The position numbers were made by a program, and so were the translations under genes. A stretch of 64,000 nucleotides of DNA, taken from assembly GCA_019828565.1 (NCBI GenBank), contig JAHDYR010000062.1:1064421-1128420 (forward strand). Reading direction: 5' to 3'. The notes beneath the pieces were generated by a model. The model did not search any database and was not told the origin of the DNA. It saw only the letters and a program-made list of their open reading frames with translations. Below, piece by piece: positions 10,101 through 19,378 of this stretch (positions within the stretch are counted from its first letter, which is position 1; every line of letters begins with the position of its first letter). Origin of the DNA: Carpediemonas membranifera BICM (Eukaryota > Protista > Fornicata).

Positions 10101-10133
10101 CTCTTCACCCGTATGCTTGAGGATGGTGAATAA
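7104..10133 (+). CDS. ABCA-subfamily half transporter
   Basis: Multiple TM segments; Walker A GHNGAGKS, signature YSGGMKRR, Walker B ILFVDE, LTTHSMEEAD. Confidence 0.92.
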   Translation: MQPNDYYQTVAVDNLAPDDSYRPVDESAVPADASVLLTRRSQSPLKVIAVHIVTWPLLIGFQLVVMMYKSMLQWVSSIISIVVKNVIIPFLIVALVAIGIRSAVNNGSLAGDTGLMTGGFPHCTAGPSGQCVSLIVCMEEEARSYGLEILQNFLDNNDMTYGNWTPSYAPIPKGFDVLVAHNYSTVDDWIGRNLNVTPAVVIVDTLDPTERLVTYQAFFNASAISTMAGNALRSINNVKAPLVAEMSRALAQWYRGEPVSRIDVTFVEQPMNLGNEDMTAQISKQVNGTFLPMLVFAVLANTFIGVLNDLVFDRTNHIKESLVLMGLKDSVYWMHKYIAEFASALLIAGLFFGADHLFKSNMFPNANFGPVVFCTVAFMEAFNGQAHLVSLVVRRAKTAAILGFGIYISQMLGIFVCSILVRVGIIFVAGKYLAIPLFFIFPNLALAHVLFIVQKSYPGLSFDRFDLHAMWDVPRPVLAPDKGLDAMSAVITMYAAAVFFRVVAWYLYHVFPPGDESRKPWYFPIAPSWLFGIRSGTMIVTDESSVVASDLDPSIQAETTRALTEDVGLRIMKLSKTFRVGFGGSTRALDDLCLTADDRSCLVLLGHNGAGKSTCVNMLDGLTEPTSGDALMYGKSIVSEPESIRRMIGVVQQHDMTFKGVSGLQHVILAGLLQRTPHVYRRAREVIDLVGLTKARNRDASNYSGGMKRRLMLAMAIVHNPRILFVDEVTSGMDPLNRRNVWAILKDIKAQGRIVVLTTHSMEEADMLGDKVAILANGRLRAVGSVLDLKQRFGSGYKISLVPKEREHVTEADRADIESLFARELSARPVPGAGITFAIPNAIPAEVSRFLKLLETSIAGDGPAAKTLQHIASYGIAHSSLGEVFMQVTTGKGRGSGSASTGIEDATRLPDGRFQIRVRPVGSSVELGFVTVAGKDTLADLRTTIKVQLPDLQFADDDIAFFIHGAAVSRAQEEQMTAVSAGSVLELESRREWVARMAALFTRMLEDGE

Positions 10134-10175
10134 AATGAGTTTATGCGGATGGTCGGTTCTTTTACGTATTTATAG

Positions 10176-10967
10176 TCATTCGAAGCTATAACTCTGGACG
10201 ACGCCGTCATTGTGGCACCTGTAGTCGGTGTGCACCTCTGGGCACTTGTCGGGGCACTCCATGGACATGCCGCACACCACTGTGGTGTTGGCCGCGCCAG
10301 CCCAAGCGGGGCAGCCCAACCCTTCGTTCTCGCGTATGTCCAGCACAGTGAGCGTCGAGTTGGTGAAGTCTGGCACTGAGATGAAGCTGTTGCAGTTGAT
10401 GACGATCTGCTGCAGCTCGGGAAGCTCGTTGACGCACTCAGGCAGGTCGCCCCCGAACATGTTCCCCGCCAAGTTGAGCCAGCGGAGGTTGGCCGCCGCG
10501 CAGACGCTTTCGGTGAGGTTTCCTGTGAGCTTGTTGTTGCCCAGCACGATGCTCTTGATGTTTCTCAGGCCACTGACGTCTGGGAGGATGCCTGTCAGGT
10601 AGTTATCGTCGAGCAGGAGATGCTGCAGGCTCATATCGAATATCTCCACTGGAATGTCACCGAAGATCTCATTGCCCGTGAGCAGCAGGCTCTTCAGGAA
10701 CGACAGGCAGGCGATCGACCCGTCTGCGGGCAGAATGCCGAAGAGGCCGTTGTTTCTGAGGTCAACACTCGTCACCTGGTTGTTCTCGCATGTGATGCCA
10801 TACCACGCGTTGGTGCACGGTTCCCCTTGATTCCAGTTCGTATTGTCGATCCAATCATCACCGTTGAGCTCGTTGTACAGCGTCATCAGGGCACCAGCTT
10901 CAGAGTCGCAACAAAGCGAATATGCAACAAGCGACAACAACAACAGGCTTGCAATAATCTTATTCAT
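10176..10967 (-). CDS. Secreted leucine-rich-repeat protein (LRRNT cap plus plant-type LRRs)
   Basis: Signal peptide; PCTNAWYGITC cap; LxLxxNxLxGxLP repeats. Confidence 0.88.
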   Translation of the reverse strand: MNKIIASLLLLSLVAYSLCCDSEAGALMTLYNELNGDDWIDNTNWNQGEPCTNAWYGITCENNQVTSVDLRNNGLFGILPADGSIACLSFLKSLLLTGNEIFGDIPVEIFDMSLQHLLLDDNYLTGILPDVSGLRNIKSIVLGNNKLTGNLTESVCAAANLRWLNLAGNMFGGDLPECVNELPELQQIVINCNSFISVPDFTNSTLTVLDIRENEGLGCPAWAGAANTTVVCGMSMECPDKCPEVHTDYRCHNDGVVQSYSFE

Positions 10968-11306
10968 CAAGAGCCTCGGTTTTGACCAAGCAGCATGTCA
11001 TCGATGACCTCGAATATACGACGATACATTGGATATCATGTAATTGGCAGTGACTTTCCAGTGTCGGGTCCCACCGTGCCGTGGGAAGTATTGCCTCCGC
11101 GTGGCAGCACTTTGAAGATTGACTCCTGTGTTTCACTTTTTGGTTTGAAAGAGAGCAGCTCGGAGTGCAAATGACCCTCTTATCAAAAGCACGGCCTACC
11201 CTGTCCAAGTTCGCCCTGTCACGCCAGATATTTCCGTCGCGCAGTTTTGCCGCCATTTTTCTCTTTCTCCACTTGTTTGCACTCACTTTGACCAATTAAC
11301 TCAGTA

Positions 11307-11907
11307 ATGAGCCTTAAACTCGTCATGATTGGTGCCGGTGCCGTTGGCAAGTTTGTACAACAAGATTCGCATTATCCAGATCAGCAATCACTATCCAAGT
11401 CAGTTCTCTCCCATTTCTGTTATGCAGTACGTTAATGGCAATTTCGTGAGTGACTATGATCCTACCATTGCTGATTCCTACAAGAAGCCCGCCACGATCG
11501 ATGGCAAGCAGGTGATGCTCGACATTGTTGATACTGCCGGCCAGGACGACTTCGCCTCTGTCCGTGACAGCTACTTCAGCGCTGGCGATGGCTTCTTCAT
11601 GGTCTATGCCGTGGATTCTGCCGACTCCCTGAGCGAGATCACTAAGCTGCGCGAGGAGATCCTCCGTGTGAAGGATACTGCCAAGGTGCCCATGGTCATC
11701 GTTGGTAACAAGTGCGATCTCCCCGAGGACCAGCACCAGGTGTCTGAGGCCGAGGGCAAGGCCCTGGCCGACAAGCTCGGCATCCCCTTCTTCCCCACTT
11801 CCGCCAAGGAGAACAAGAACATCGACGAGTCCTACGCCAAGCTCGTCCGCGAGATCAACGCCGCCCGCCCCGCTGAGAAGAGCGGCGGTGGCTGCCTTGT
11901 GCTTTAA
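11307..11907 (+). CDS. Ras/Rap-family small GTPase, 3 exons (introns 11351-11379 and 11399-11427)
   Basis: Spliced product MSLKLVMIGAGAVGK-SAITIQ-YVNG..YDPTIADSY, DTAGQ, NKCD, SAK, CAAX box CLVL; two 29-nt GT-AG introns restore the G1 box. Confidence 0.93.
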
Positions 11908-11954
11908 GCGTTTGTACTAAATGATCCATTCAACCGTTTACCGTATACTGTCAA

Positions 11955-12853
11955 TCACCCGGTCGTCATGTACGTAACGACACACTCCAGCGCCGCCCCC
12001 GCGATGTTCCGCGCCTTGTCGCTGATGTGGGTGCACAGCTTCCGCTTCTCCTCGCCGCCCATGGAGAGACCGCGGGGATCAAGGTCGCCGAGCTTGAATC
12101 CGACCCGGGAGCAGACCATGCCCTCGCTCACCATGCCCCTGACCAGCCCGCCCATGGGGGCCCGCACCTCGACGTCGGCCACCCGCACGAGGGCGTCGCC
12201 AGTCCGCACAGTGGAGCCGATTGAGACCAGCGGTGTAATGAGCCCGATACAAGGCGCCCGGATGACGCGCCTGTGGCTTTCACCGCCCAGATCGCCGGGT
12301 GTGTGTGTGTTCTCGAGGGCCTCCTCACCATGGGTGGTGTAGACGCGGCCGAGGTCGTGTCCGCGGCAAGTCTCGATTGCGGCGTGGCAGTGCTTCCCGA
12401 CAACAAAGCAAGGACCGAGGGCGACGACCATGGGGGCGTATGACATGAGATCGACCGTGGGGGCCTTCTTGGCGATGGTCGCGTCGATAACCACATCAGC
12501 GGGCCAGATGGCAAGGATGGCGAGAGTGGGGTCGATGACGACGGGCACGAGGCCATCGTCGAGGGCGGCCTCCACGTCTTCCACGGTCATGGGGCACAGC
12601 TTGGCTGTTACACCCTCCACTGTGAACATGCCGTGCTGAATGGCAGAAGAGAACGACACAAGGCGACGAACGGTTGTTGGTGCTGCCGTCTCAGTGTGGA
12701 TAACGGTGATCCCAGCCTTGTGAAGCCGGTGGCCGATGGCGGTGGCAAGGTCGCCAGCACCACGTATCACAACGCGCACATCTGGGTAATGTTGGTCGTT
12801 TTGGACAAACCGAACGTCTTTCTCCGCGTTGAATAAGGTTTCTCGTTCATCAT
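11955..12853 (-). CDS. yqeB: Selenium-dependent molybdenum hydroxylase accessory protein YqeB (EF2563 family), one intron 12782-12810
   Basis: VVIRGAGDLATAIGHRL, PTTVRRLVSFS, IETCRGHDLGR, KLGDLDPR, ISDKARNIAG; a 29-nt GTTTGT..CAG intron joins an upstream ATG exon in frame. Confidence 0.88.
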
Positions 12854-13227
12854 CGTTTGGCCAAGTGGTCTATCACCAATGAGCCACTGCCCGGACAGCA
12901 CTCTCCCCCAAGGCCCCACCCTGGCTGTTACTCCCACTGGTATCCCCGTATTCGTTTGGTCTGGTTGCGTGCTGATTTATGCAGGCCGAGGTGATCGCTG
13001 AAAAAATCCGAAACTCGTCGACGAAGGACGAATCGTGGGGCGGAAGTCGTGGGTGTGTTGGCAATATCTACAGAGGCTCTGTCGCCAAGATAATTGTTTT
13101 AACATGGGGCTATGTAAGGTGATAAATGGATGAAGAAAGGAGGCCATAGAAAGCAAGAATGGACGACCGTACAGGCTATCAGATCTTTGTAGATGCCGGC
13201 ACAACTCGTGATCTTGCAGCAACGCTG

Positions 13228-13679
13228 ATGCCACGAGACGTGAAGCGCTCTGGGACGCTGGTGTTCGATAAGAAGGTGAAGGAGAGAACAACGTTTGTTT
13301 TGGACGATCAAGATCTCACAAGATCTCACACAGAGAGTATGTTACAGGCATGCACAAGCGGAAACAGAAGAAGAAGAAGGAGATCGAGATGAAGCGGGCG
13401 ATGGAGAAGAAGGCAGAAGCCAAGCGGGAGGCCCGGGAGCGGCGGGCGACCAAGCGCGACTTCCTGAACCGCAAGCTGCCGAAGAACCACCCCGACCTTG
13501 TTACGGCGATGAAGAAGCTGCAGGAATACTCCCAGGCGCCACTGAAGACAGAGGTCCTGCAGGATGACGAGAAGGAGAGCCACGCCAAGCCCACACACAA
13601 GGCGAGGAAGCCCCGTATTGTGATCGAAACTGTGGACACAGAGAGGTTCGGGAAGGTCGTGGCGCAGGTCGAGACCTGA
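13228..13679 (+). CDS. NOL12: Nucleolar protein 12 / Rrp17 (Nop25 domain), intron 13293-13333
   Basis: Spliced LVFDKK..EYVTGMHKRKQKKK matches the Nop25 motif FD..EYLTGFHKRK; alternative start at 13159. Confidence 0.75.
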
Positions 13680-13744
13680 GCAGCCTGCTGTACTTGCGGA
13701 ATAAACGACGGCCGGACACTTTGCATGCGGCTGGATGGAGGGCT

Positions 13745-15856
13745 ATGGGTCAGGTGATGGCAACAACTGTGGATACCGGCAACTCGGAAACGAGTCGGAA
13801 CAGTCCCATCGCGATCCCAATATCATCTCCTATGAGCGCTGCAGCCGAGATCGCCCCTCTAGAGAGTGTTCCACACAGCGATTCCCTCATCTCTGACGTT
13901 ATTTTTACTATTCGCGCGCAGCTCGCTGAGTGCCAGTCGCTCAAGATCGTCGGAAGCTGCCCAGCGCTCGGTAGCTGGGATATTTCCGCCGCTTTACGCC
14001 TCGAGGAGATCCCCGCCATCACGAACACAGCTGACGATGAACGCCAGTACATGGTCGCTGTGAGCTTGCCCCGGGCGATGTCGTTCGAGTACAGATACTT
14101 CTTGGCCGACGCCACGGACCAGATGGTCGTCACAGAGCGGAAGAAGCGTGTCCTTGCCACCCGGGACGACATAACGATGACCGTGGACGACGGTGCCTTC
14201 CTCTCGACGGCCGGCAGCATCGCCATCAGGGACCCTGGCTTCCTCCACAAGCAGACCCAGCTCCGCGTCTGGCTCGGCCACCCCAGCGGCCCGCGCGGAG
14301 CCCGCACGATGGCTGTGACTGGTCTTTCTGTCCCAGCAGTCGAATACTACCTGGAACTGGCCGCGGAGGTCGGCGTGCCGGTATGGTTCAAGTTCGTACA
14401 CGCGTCGGGCGAGCGGATGTCACAGCTGCTGGAGGCGTCTCAGATTGCCCCTGAGCCGGTTCCTATCCACCCCAACGTGCCCGAGGACGTCCCGTTCAAC
14501 CTCTTCCCCTCCCTCTTCCATGCCCGGACATGCGACGATCTCTTCCTCTCCGCCACCGTGTGGGTGCCGGACGAGAGCGGCGACGCTGCCTCCACCGCCC
14601 CTGGTCTGCCTGCCCTGAGGGTCCTTGGCCGTGCCATCCTCACCGCCCCAGACTTCCTGGGACAGTCGGGCATTCGAACGCTCAGCCGGACACTGCTGGA
14701 CTCCGACCTGAAGGCCGTGGGGCGGCTGGATCTGGCGTTCCTCGTCGTCTGGCCTTTCTCCCATCCTGAGAACACCATCGCGGGCGCCGAGGGACAGCAT
14801 GACAAGCTTATTAGCAAGCCGATGATCGGGCACCGCGGACTGGGGTCGAACAAGGTCCACGGGGGCCACAGGGTGCGAGTTAGCGAGAACACGGCGCTGT
14901 CGTTCCAGCTGGCGGCCCAGCGGGGGGTGCGGTTCATCGAGTTCGATGCCCAGATGACGAAGGACGACAAGGTTGTGATACACCACAACTTCGAGTTCGA
15001 GGCGGGCACGAAGACGGACGGGTCGCCCCTGATCATGCCCATCCGCCTGGTGACGGCCAAGGAGTTCCTTGCCACTGCCCCGTCCCGGGCCGCCGCCAAG
15101 CCCCGGTCCGGCATGACGTCCCGCCGCACGTCCATCGACCTGCGCCACGCGGTGTCGCCCGAGCTAGGCCACGCGCCCTTCGACACGCCGGCGCCCTCCC
15201 AGACCGTCGCCGCGCTCGTCAGCAACCGGCCGCCGCTGTACGCGCAGCCCGAGCCCGGCAACTACCGCGTGATCTTCGAGCAGCGGGCGTCGCTGAAGCA
15301 GATGTTCCGCGAGTTGCCGGTGAACCTCGGCTTCAACATCGAGGTCAAGTACCCCAGCAAGCACGCCATGGGAGGCCTCGTCCGCTACCCGTCGAGGCCC
15401 CACGTGGTGGACTGCATCCTGCAGGTCGTCTTCGACGAGATCAAGAGCCAGCCCAACCGGCCCGTCTTCTTCTCGTCGTTCGACCCCGAGATCATCACCC
15501 TTCTCCGCCTCAAGCAGGCCCGCTTCCCCGTGTTCTTCCTCAACGCGGGCTTCATCAACGAGCACGAGCACAAGGTTGAGATCGACGCCGAAGACACCAA
15601 CTTCGAGGACGCGGTATGCTCTAACCCCTTCCACGGCGTGCTCTTCGCCGCCCGTATGCACCTGACAGGCGTCGTGCTGGACGTCGAGACAGCGCTGCTG
15701 CACGAGGGCCTGGTCTCGATGGCACATGACCTTAACCTGCTCGTGTACACGTACGGCACCCGGACCGACGACGAGCCCCTGCACGAGCACCAGTGGAAGA
15801 TCCTGGGCATCGACGGCATGATCGCCGACAACCTTACCCGGTCATCCGATAAATGA
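13745..15856 (+). CDS. GPCPD1: Glycerophosphocholine phosphodiesterase with N-terminal CBM20 (GDE5/GPCPD1 type)
   Basis: IVGSCPALGSW (CBM20); IGHRGLG, ENT, IEFDAQMTKD, GFNIEVKYP, FSSFDP; exact start uncertain. Confidence 0.88.
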   Translation: MGQVMATTVDTGNSETSRNSPIAIPISSPMSAAAEIAPLESVPHSDSLISDVIFTIRAQLAECQSLKIVGSCPALGSWDISAALRLEEIPAITNTADDERQYMVAVSLPRAMSFEYRYFLADATDQMVVTERKKRVLATRDDITMTVDDGAFLSTAGSIAIRDPGFLHKQTQLRVWLGHPSGPRGARTMAVTGLSVPAVEYYLELAAEVGVPVWFKFVHASGERMSQLLEASQIAPEPVPIHPNVPEDVPFNLFPSLFHARTCDDLFLSATVWVPDESGDAASTAPGLPALRVLGRAILTAPDFLGQSGIRTLSRTLLDSDLKAVGRLDLAFLVVWPFSHPENTIAGAEGQHDKLISKPMIGHRGLGSNKVHGGHRVRVSENTALSFQLAAQRGVRFIEFDAQMTKDDKVVIHHNFEFEAGTKTDGSPLIMPIRLVTAKEFLATAPSRAAAKPRSGMTSRRTSIDLRHAVSPELGHAPFDTPAPSQTVAALVSNRPPLYAQPEPGNYRVIFEQRASLKQMFRELPVNLGFNIEVKYPSKHAMGGLVRYPSRPHVVDCILQVVFDEIKSQPNRPVFFSSFDPEIITLLRLKQARFPVFFLNAGFINEHEHKVEIDAEDTNFEDAVCSNPFHGVLFAARMHLTGVVLDVETALLHEGLVSMAHDLNLLVYTYGTRTDDEPLHEHQWKILGIDGMIADNLTRSSDK

Positions 15857-16587
15857 AGAGGAAATTGTTAATAATAAATGAGATTATCGCGACCCGTGAC
15901 GACGACGTGGGCTCTCTGGAAAGTGGCTGCTTGCCCAGTGTGTGCCCAAGCATCCCGCCCAGCTTAGGGACCAGGTCAGAGTCCTGGCTGTCTGTGGTTG
16001 ATGTCGGCACAAGGATGTGTCAACTGGCATTGAACAGCACTCTTGGGCTGGCCTCTTGCCCTCAATCAATTTGGCCAAGACATGCGAGAGACTCCGTTGT
16101 TTGGCCAGACTTGGATGACTCCGTCTGACACCGCTGTCCAACGCGATTGGTCGGCATTGACCAGAGCAACTCGACAACAATACTCGACGCTGTCATCACC
16201 CCCTGGTTTCAGCCAGCCATCGCGCAGTTTACCTTACAGACAGACATCGAACACGACACAATCCTAGATTGCATCGTATCTCCGACATATCCTTGCTATA
16301 TTGCTCAATTGACCCCTATTTGATGCCAACAAGGCAGTCGAGACGAATACTATCCTCATTTTCAGACCAGTTCAGCTACTGTTACCTTAGAGGCCCCCCC
16401 ACCGATGTGGTAAGACAGGACGGGGTGTTTTGTCATTGCCTCAGCTGGGATTCCCTCTCTCGGCGATCCCCGTGTCTTGCACGTCAGACACTCGGCGATT
16501 CGGGCAGATCCGACGGTTGAGACGGATCTAACCCTGCCATAATTAGCACGATGAGACGACTTTCCCGCAGTCAGAACACGACCTGGT

Positions 16588-18756
16588 ATGAGCTTCCGCC
16601 TATTTGCTCTGCTGATCGGCACACTCGCAGTTCTTTCCTTATGTGACAAGAGAACATCGTTTCTCGATGTCTCGTCGATGATGTCGCCCGATGGGACGAC
16701 ATCCTTCCAGAACGTAGCAACTCTTGAGCCTGGGAAGACGCTGGTGCTCGGAGCATCCGTTGTCCATGATATGTACCGCATGGTGGTTTCAACTACTGCT
16801 GGAGCGGCACTTCACGCGTTCTGTGGCGACCAGGGCATCGCAGCTTTCGAGGAACTGACACTCCCGACACAGTCTGACTGGCTGGGGCCGCATGAGCTCG
16901 ATCTGGCCGCTGATGAAACCACCATGAGCTGCAATTTCGTCGGGCGGCTCGACAACAAGGCCGCTGACCCCGGTTACATGACCTTGGTCAACGAGGGCAC
17001 CAAGAAGCTCACTATCGGGTTCCTGATGCTGGCCACCACGCCCGAGTACGTCACACTCCGTCCTGGTCGGAATACCGCGGTCTCTGTGGCCACCGGCGAC
17101 GGTGTGGACCACCCCACGGCCGGTCTCGTCATGGCTGAGCTGGGCACGACGACGCCGCGGTCGGTGTACGTCAGCATCCGGGAACAGTACGCGGCGGAGC
17201 TGACCTTTATGGAGGTGAACACCGGGGAGGCACACGAGACGAACCGCATGTGGCTGGTGACGAACAGTCGCGAATACATCCTCCAGCCCTACACCACGGC
17301 GCTGCTGGGGGCATTCAGCCTCCGCAATAGCCCCTACGGCCTCGTATCCCTCACTCTGGACGCGATCACCGACTCCATAGTGACGGACATGATGTTCAGC
17401 AGCGGCACCAACATCGTGGCCATCTCTGTCAGCGACGAGCAATGGCTCCGTGTCACAGTACCTGAACAGGACGGCAAGACGGCCTACCTGTCCGAGACCA
17501 CGATGACCGTGTCCGGCTTCGACACCAACACGCTCTCTCTCGCAGTCCTTCCCTGCCACGTCGCCAACAACGGCGAGTGCACCGATAAGGTCCCGCCAGA
17601 CGACTCCGACAACTACGTAGTGCCCGGTGCGGCGCCATATACGGTCAACTTCCTGGGCAGGACCGACGATCTCATGCCGTGGCGCTCGGGCATCTACTGG
17701 GTGCACTTTAAGAAGATCGGCGTCAGCCAGTTCCCCGTCAACATACAGGTCACCGTCACCGGCAGCATCTGCCCCAAGGGCACTGCCGGCCCGAACTGCG
17801 CCAGTACCATCGTCCCCGCCCCCGCCATCGCCAACACCAAGGTCACCCTCGGCGACACCCCAACTGTATTCCGACTCGATACTGATCTGAAGTCCGGGAG
17901 CCCGGCGCACATGAAGGTGCTGCTGACGGCGTCCGGCCATGGCCAGGCCCAGACCTACCTCGGCCCAGCACCACAGCCCGCGGAGGCCACCAACCTCGGC
18001 GGCGTCCAGGTCTACACGCTCTTTGAGGGGTACCAGGTCACGGAGGAGGTCGCCTCGTCGTCAGCCCTGCTGGGTGACGGCGCAGTGTTCCTGACTGTGT
18101 TCGGCGACAGCGGGCTCACGGTGACGGTGACACACTCCCTCGCCAGCTACTGCGGCAACGGCGCGGTCGACCCCACGACCGGCCTGTGTAAGTGTGATCA
18201 GGGTTTCAGCCCCGTGGACGGCTGCACTGCCCTGTTTGGCGACCTGCAGGACAGCATGGACCTCACGGGCGGGCTGCGGTACTCCTTCGACCTCGGCACC
18301 GCCCCGTTCGACTTCATGCTCCACGTCCCGACCGGAATGGGTGCCTCGGCGGTCCTCGTCATCCGCAACGGCACGACTGGCGAGACGCTCAGCCAGGCAT
18401 ACACGTCATTCGACAGCAACGGCGACGCCCGCTTCCTTGCCCCCTTCGTGCGGGAGCGGTCGGCCGTCCTGACCGTCAATCCGGGCCCGGCCAACATCGC
18501 CATGACGCGGACGTCGCTCATCAACTTCAACCCCCCCCCGGACAACAGCAACCACACGGACATCTGGCAGTCCGTCGTGCTGTTCATGCAGATAGCGGCG
18601 CTCATGCTCGTCATCGCATGCCCCGCGACGCTGCTGCTCGTCGCCTGTGTCGGTGGTGTGGGCACCATCGGCGTGGTCGGGTATGCCATGAACAGATACG
18701 GCAACAAGACACGCGATGCACAGGACCGCGAGAACCTGCTCGCTACTGAGATTTGA
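16588..18756 (+). CDS. Type I membrane surface protein with EGF-like Cys motifs
   Basis: Signal peptide; CPKGTAGPNC and CGNG..CKCDQGF..C; C-terminal hydrophobic segment. Confidence 0.8.
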   Translation: MSFRLFALLIGTLAVLSLCDKRTSFLDVSSMMSPDGTTSFQNVATLEPGKTLVLGASVVHDMYRMVVSTTAGAALHAFCGDQGIAAFEELTLPTQSDWLGPHELDLAADETTMSCNFVGRLDNKAADPGYMTLVNEGTKKLTIGFLMLATTPEYVTLRPGRNTAVSVATGDGVDHPTAGLVMAELGTTTPRSVYVSIREQYAAELTFMEVNTGEAHETNRMWLVTNSREYILQPYTTALLGAFSLRNSPYGLVSLTLDAITDSIVTDMMFSSGTNIVAISVSDEQWLRVTVPEQDGKTAYLSETTMTVSGFDTNTLSLAVLPCHVANNGECTDKVPPDDSDNYVVPGAAPYTVNFLGRTDDLMPWRSGIYWVHFKKIGVSQFPVNIQVTVTGSICPKGTAGPNCASTIVPAPAIANTKVTLGDTPTVFRLDTDLKSGSPAHMKVLLTASGHGQAQTYLGPAPQPAEATNLGGVQVYTLFEGYQVTEEVASSSALLGDGAVFLTVFGDSGLTVTVTHSLASYCGNGAVDPTTGLCKCDQGFSPVDGCTALFGDLQDSMDLTGGLRYSFDLGTAPFDFMLHVPTGMGASAVLVIRNGTTGETLSQAYTSFDSNGDARFLAPFVRERSAVLTVNPGPANIAMTRTSLINFNPPPDNSNHTDIWQSVVLFMQIAALMLVIACPATLLLVACVGGVGTIGVVGYAMNRYGNKTRDAQDRENLLATEI

Positions 18757-18931
18757 TGTAAAGGTAGTTAGAGACATAAACCGTCACGCCCCTCTTGCTC
18801 TGGTGCCAACCCTCAGTGGGTCACGCCATATGATATTTGATGAGATAAGCATCAGAGTATCAGTAAAGCAACTCAGACATGAATGACTGATAATGACTGA
18901 TTGCATTTGTTTTTCTTTTCGTCTTTATTTT

Positions 18932-19347
18932 CGGGCACGAAGACGGACGGGTCGCCCCTGATCATGCCCATCCGCCTGGTGACGGCCAAGGAGTTCCTTG
19001 CCACTGCCCCGTCCCGGGCCGCCGCCAAGCCCCGGTCCGGCATGACGTCCCGCCGCACGTCCATCGACCTGCGCCGCGCGGTGTCGCCCGAGCTAGGCCA
19101 CGCGCCCTTCGACACGCCGGCGCCCTCCCAGACCGTCGCCGCGCTCGTCAGCAACCGGCCGCCGCTGTACGCGCAGCCCGAGCCCGGCAACTACCGCGTG
19201 ATCTTCGAGCAGCGGGCGTCGCTGAAGCAGATGTTCCGCGAGTTGCCGGTGAACCTCGGCTTCAACATCGAGGTCAAGTACCCCAGCAAGCACGCCATGG
19301 GAGGCCTCGTCCGCTACCCGTCGAGGCCCCACGTGGTGGACTGCATC
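18932..19347 (+). repeat. 416-bp copy of an internal fragment of the GDE5 gene (15003-15418)
   Basis: Colinear match with one visible substitution (cgccacgc vs cgccgcgc); no start or stop of its own. Confidence 0.92.
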
Positions 19348-19378
19348 ATCCGCCCAACCGGCTCGGCTGGCCCATGCA

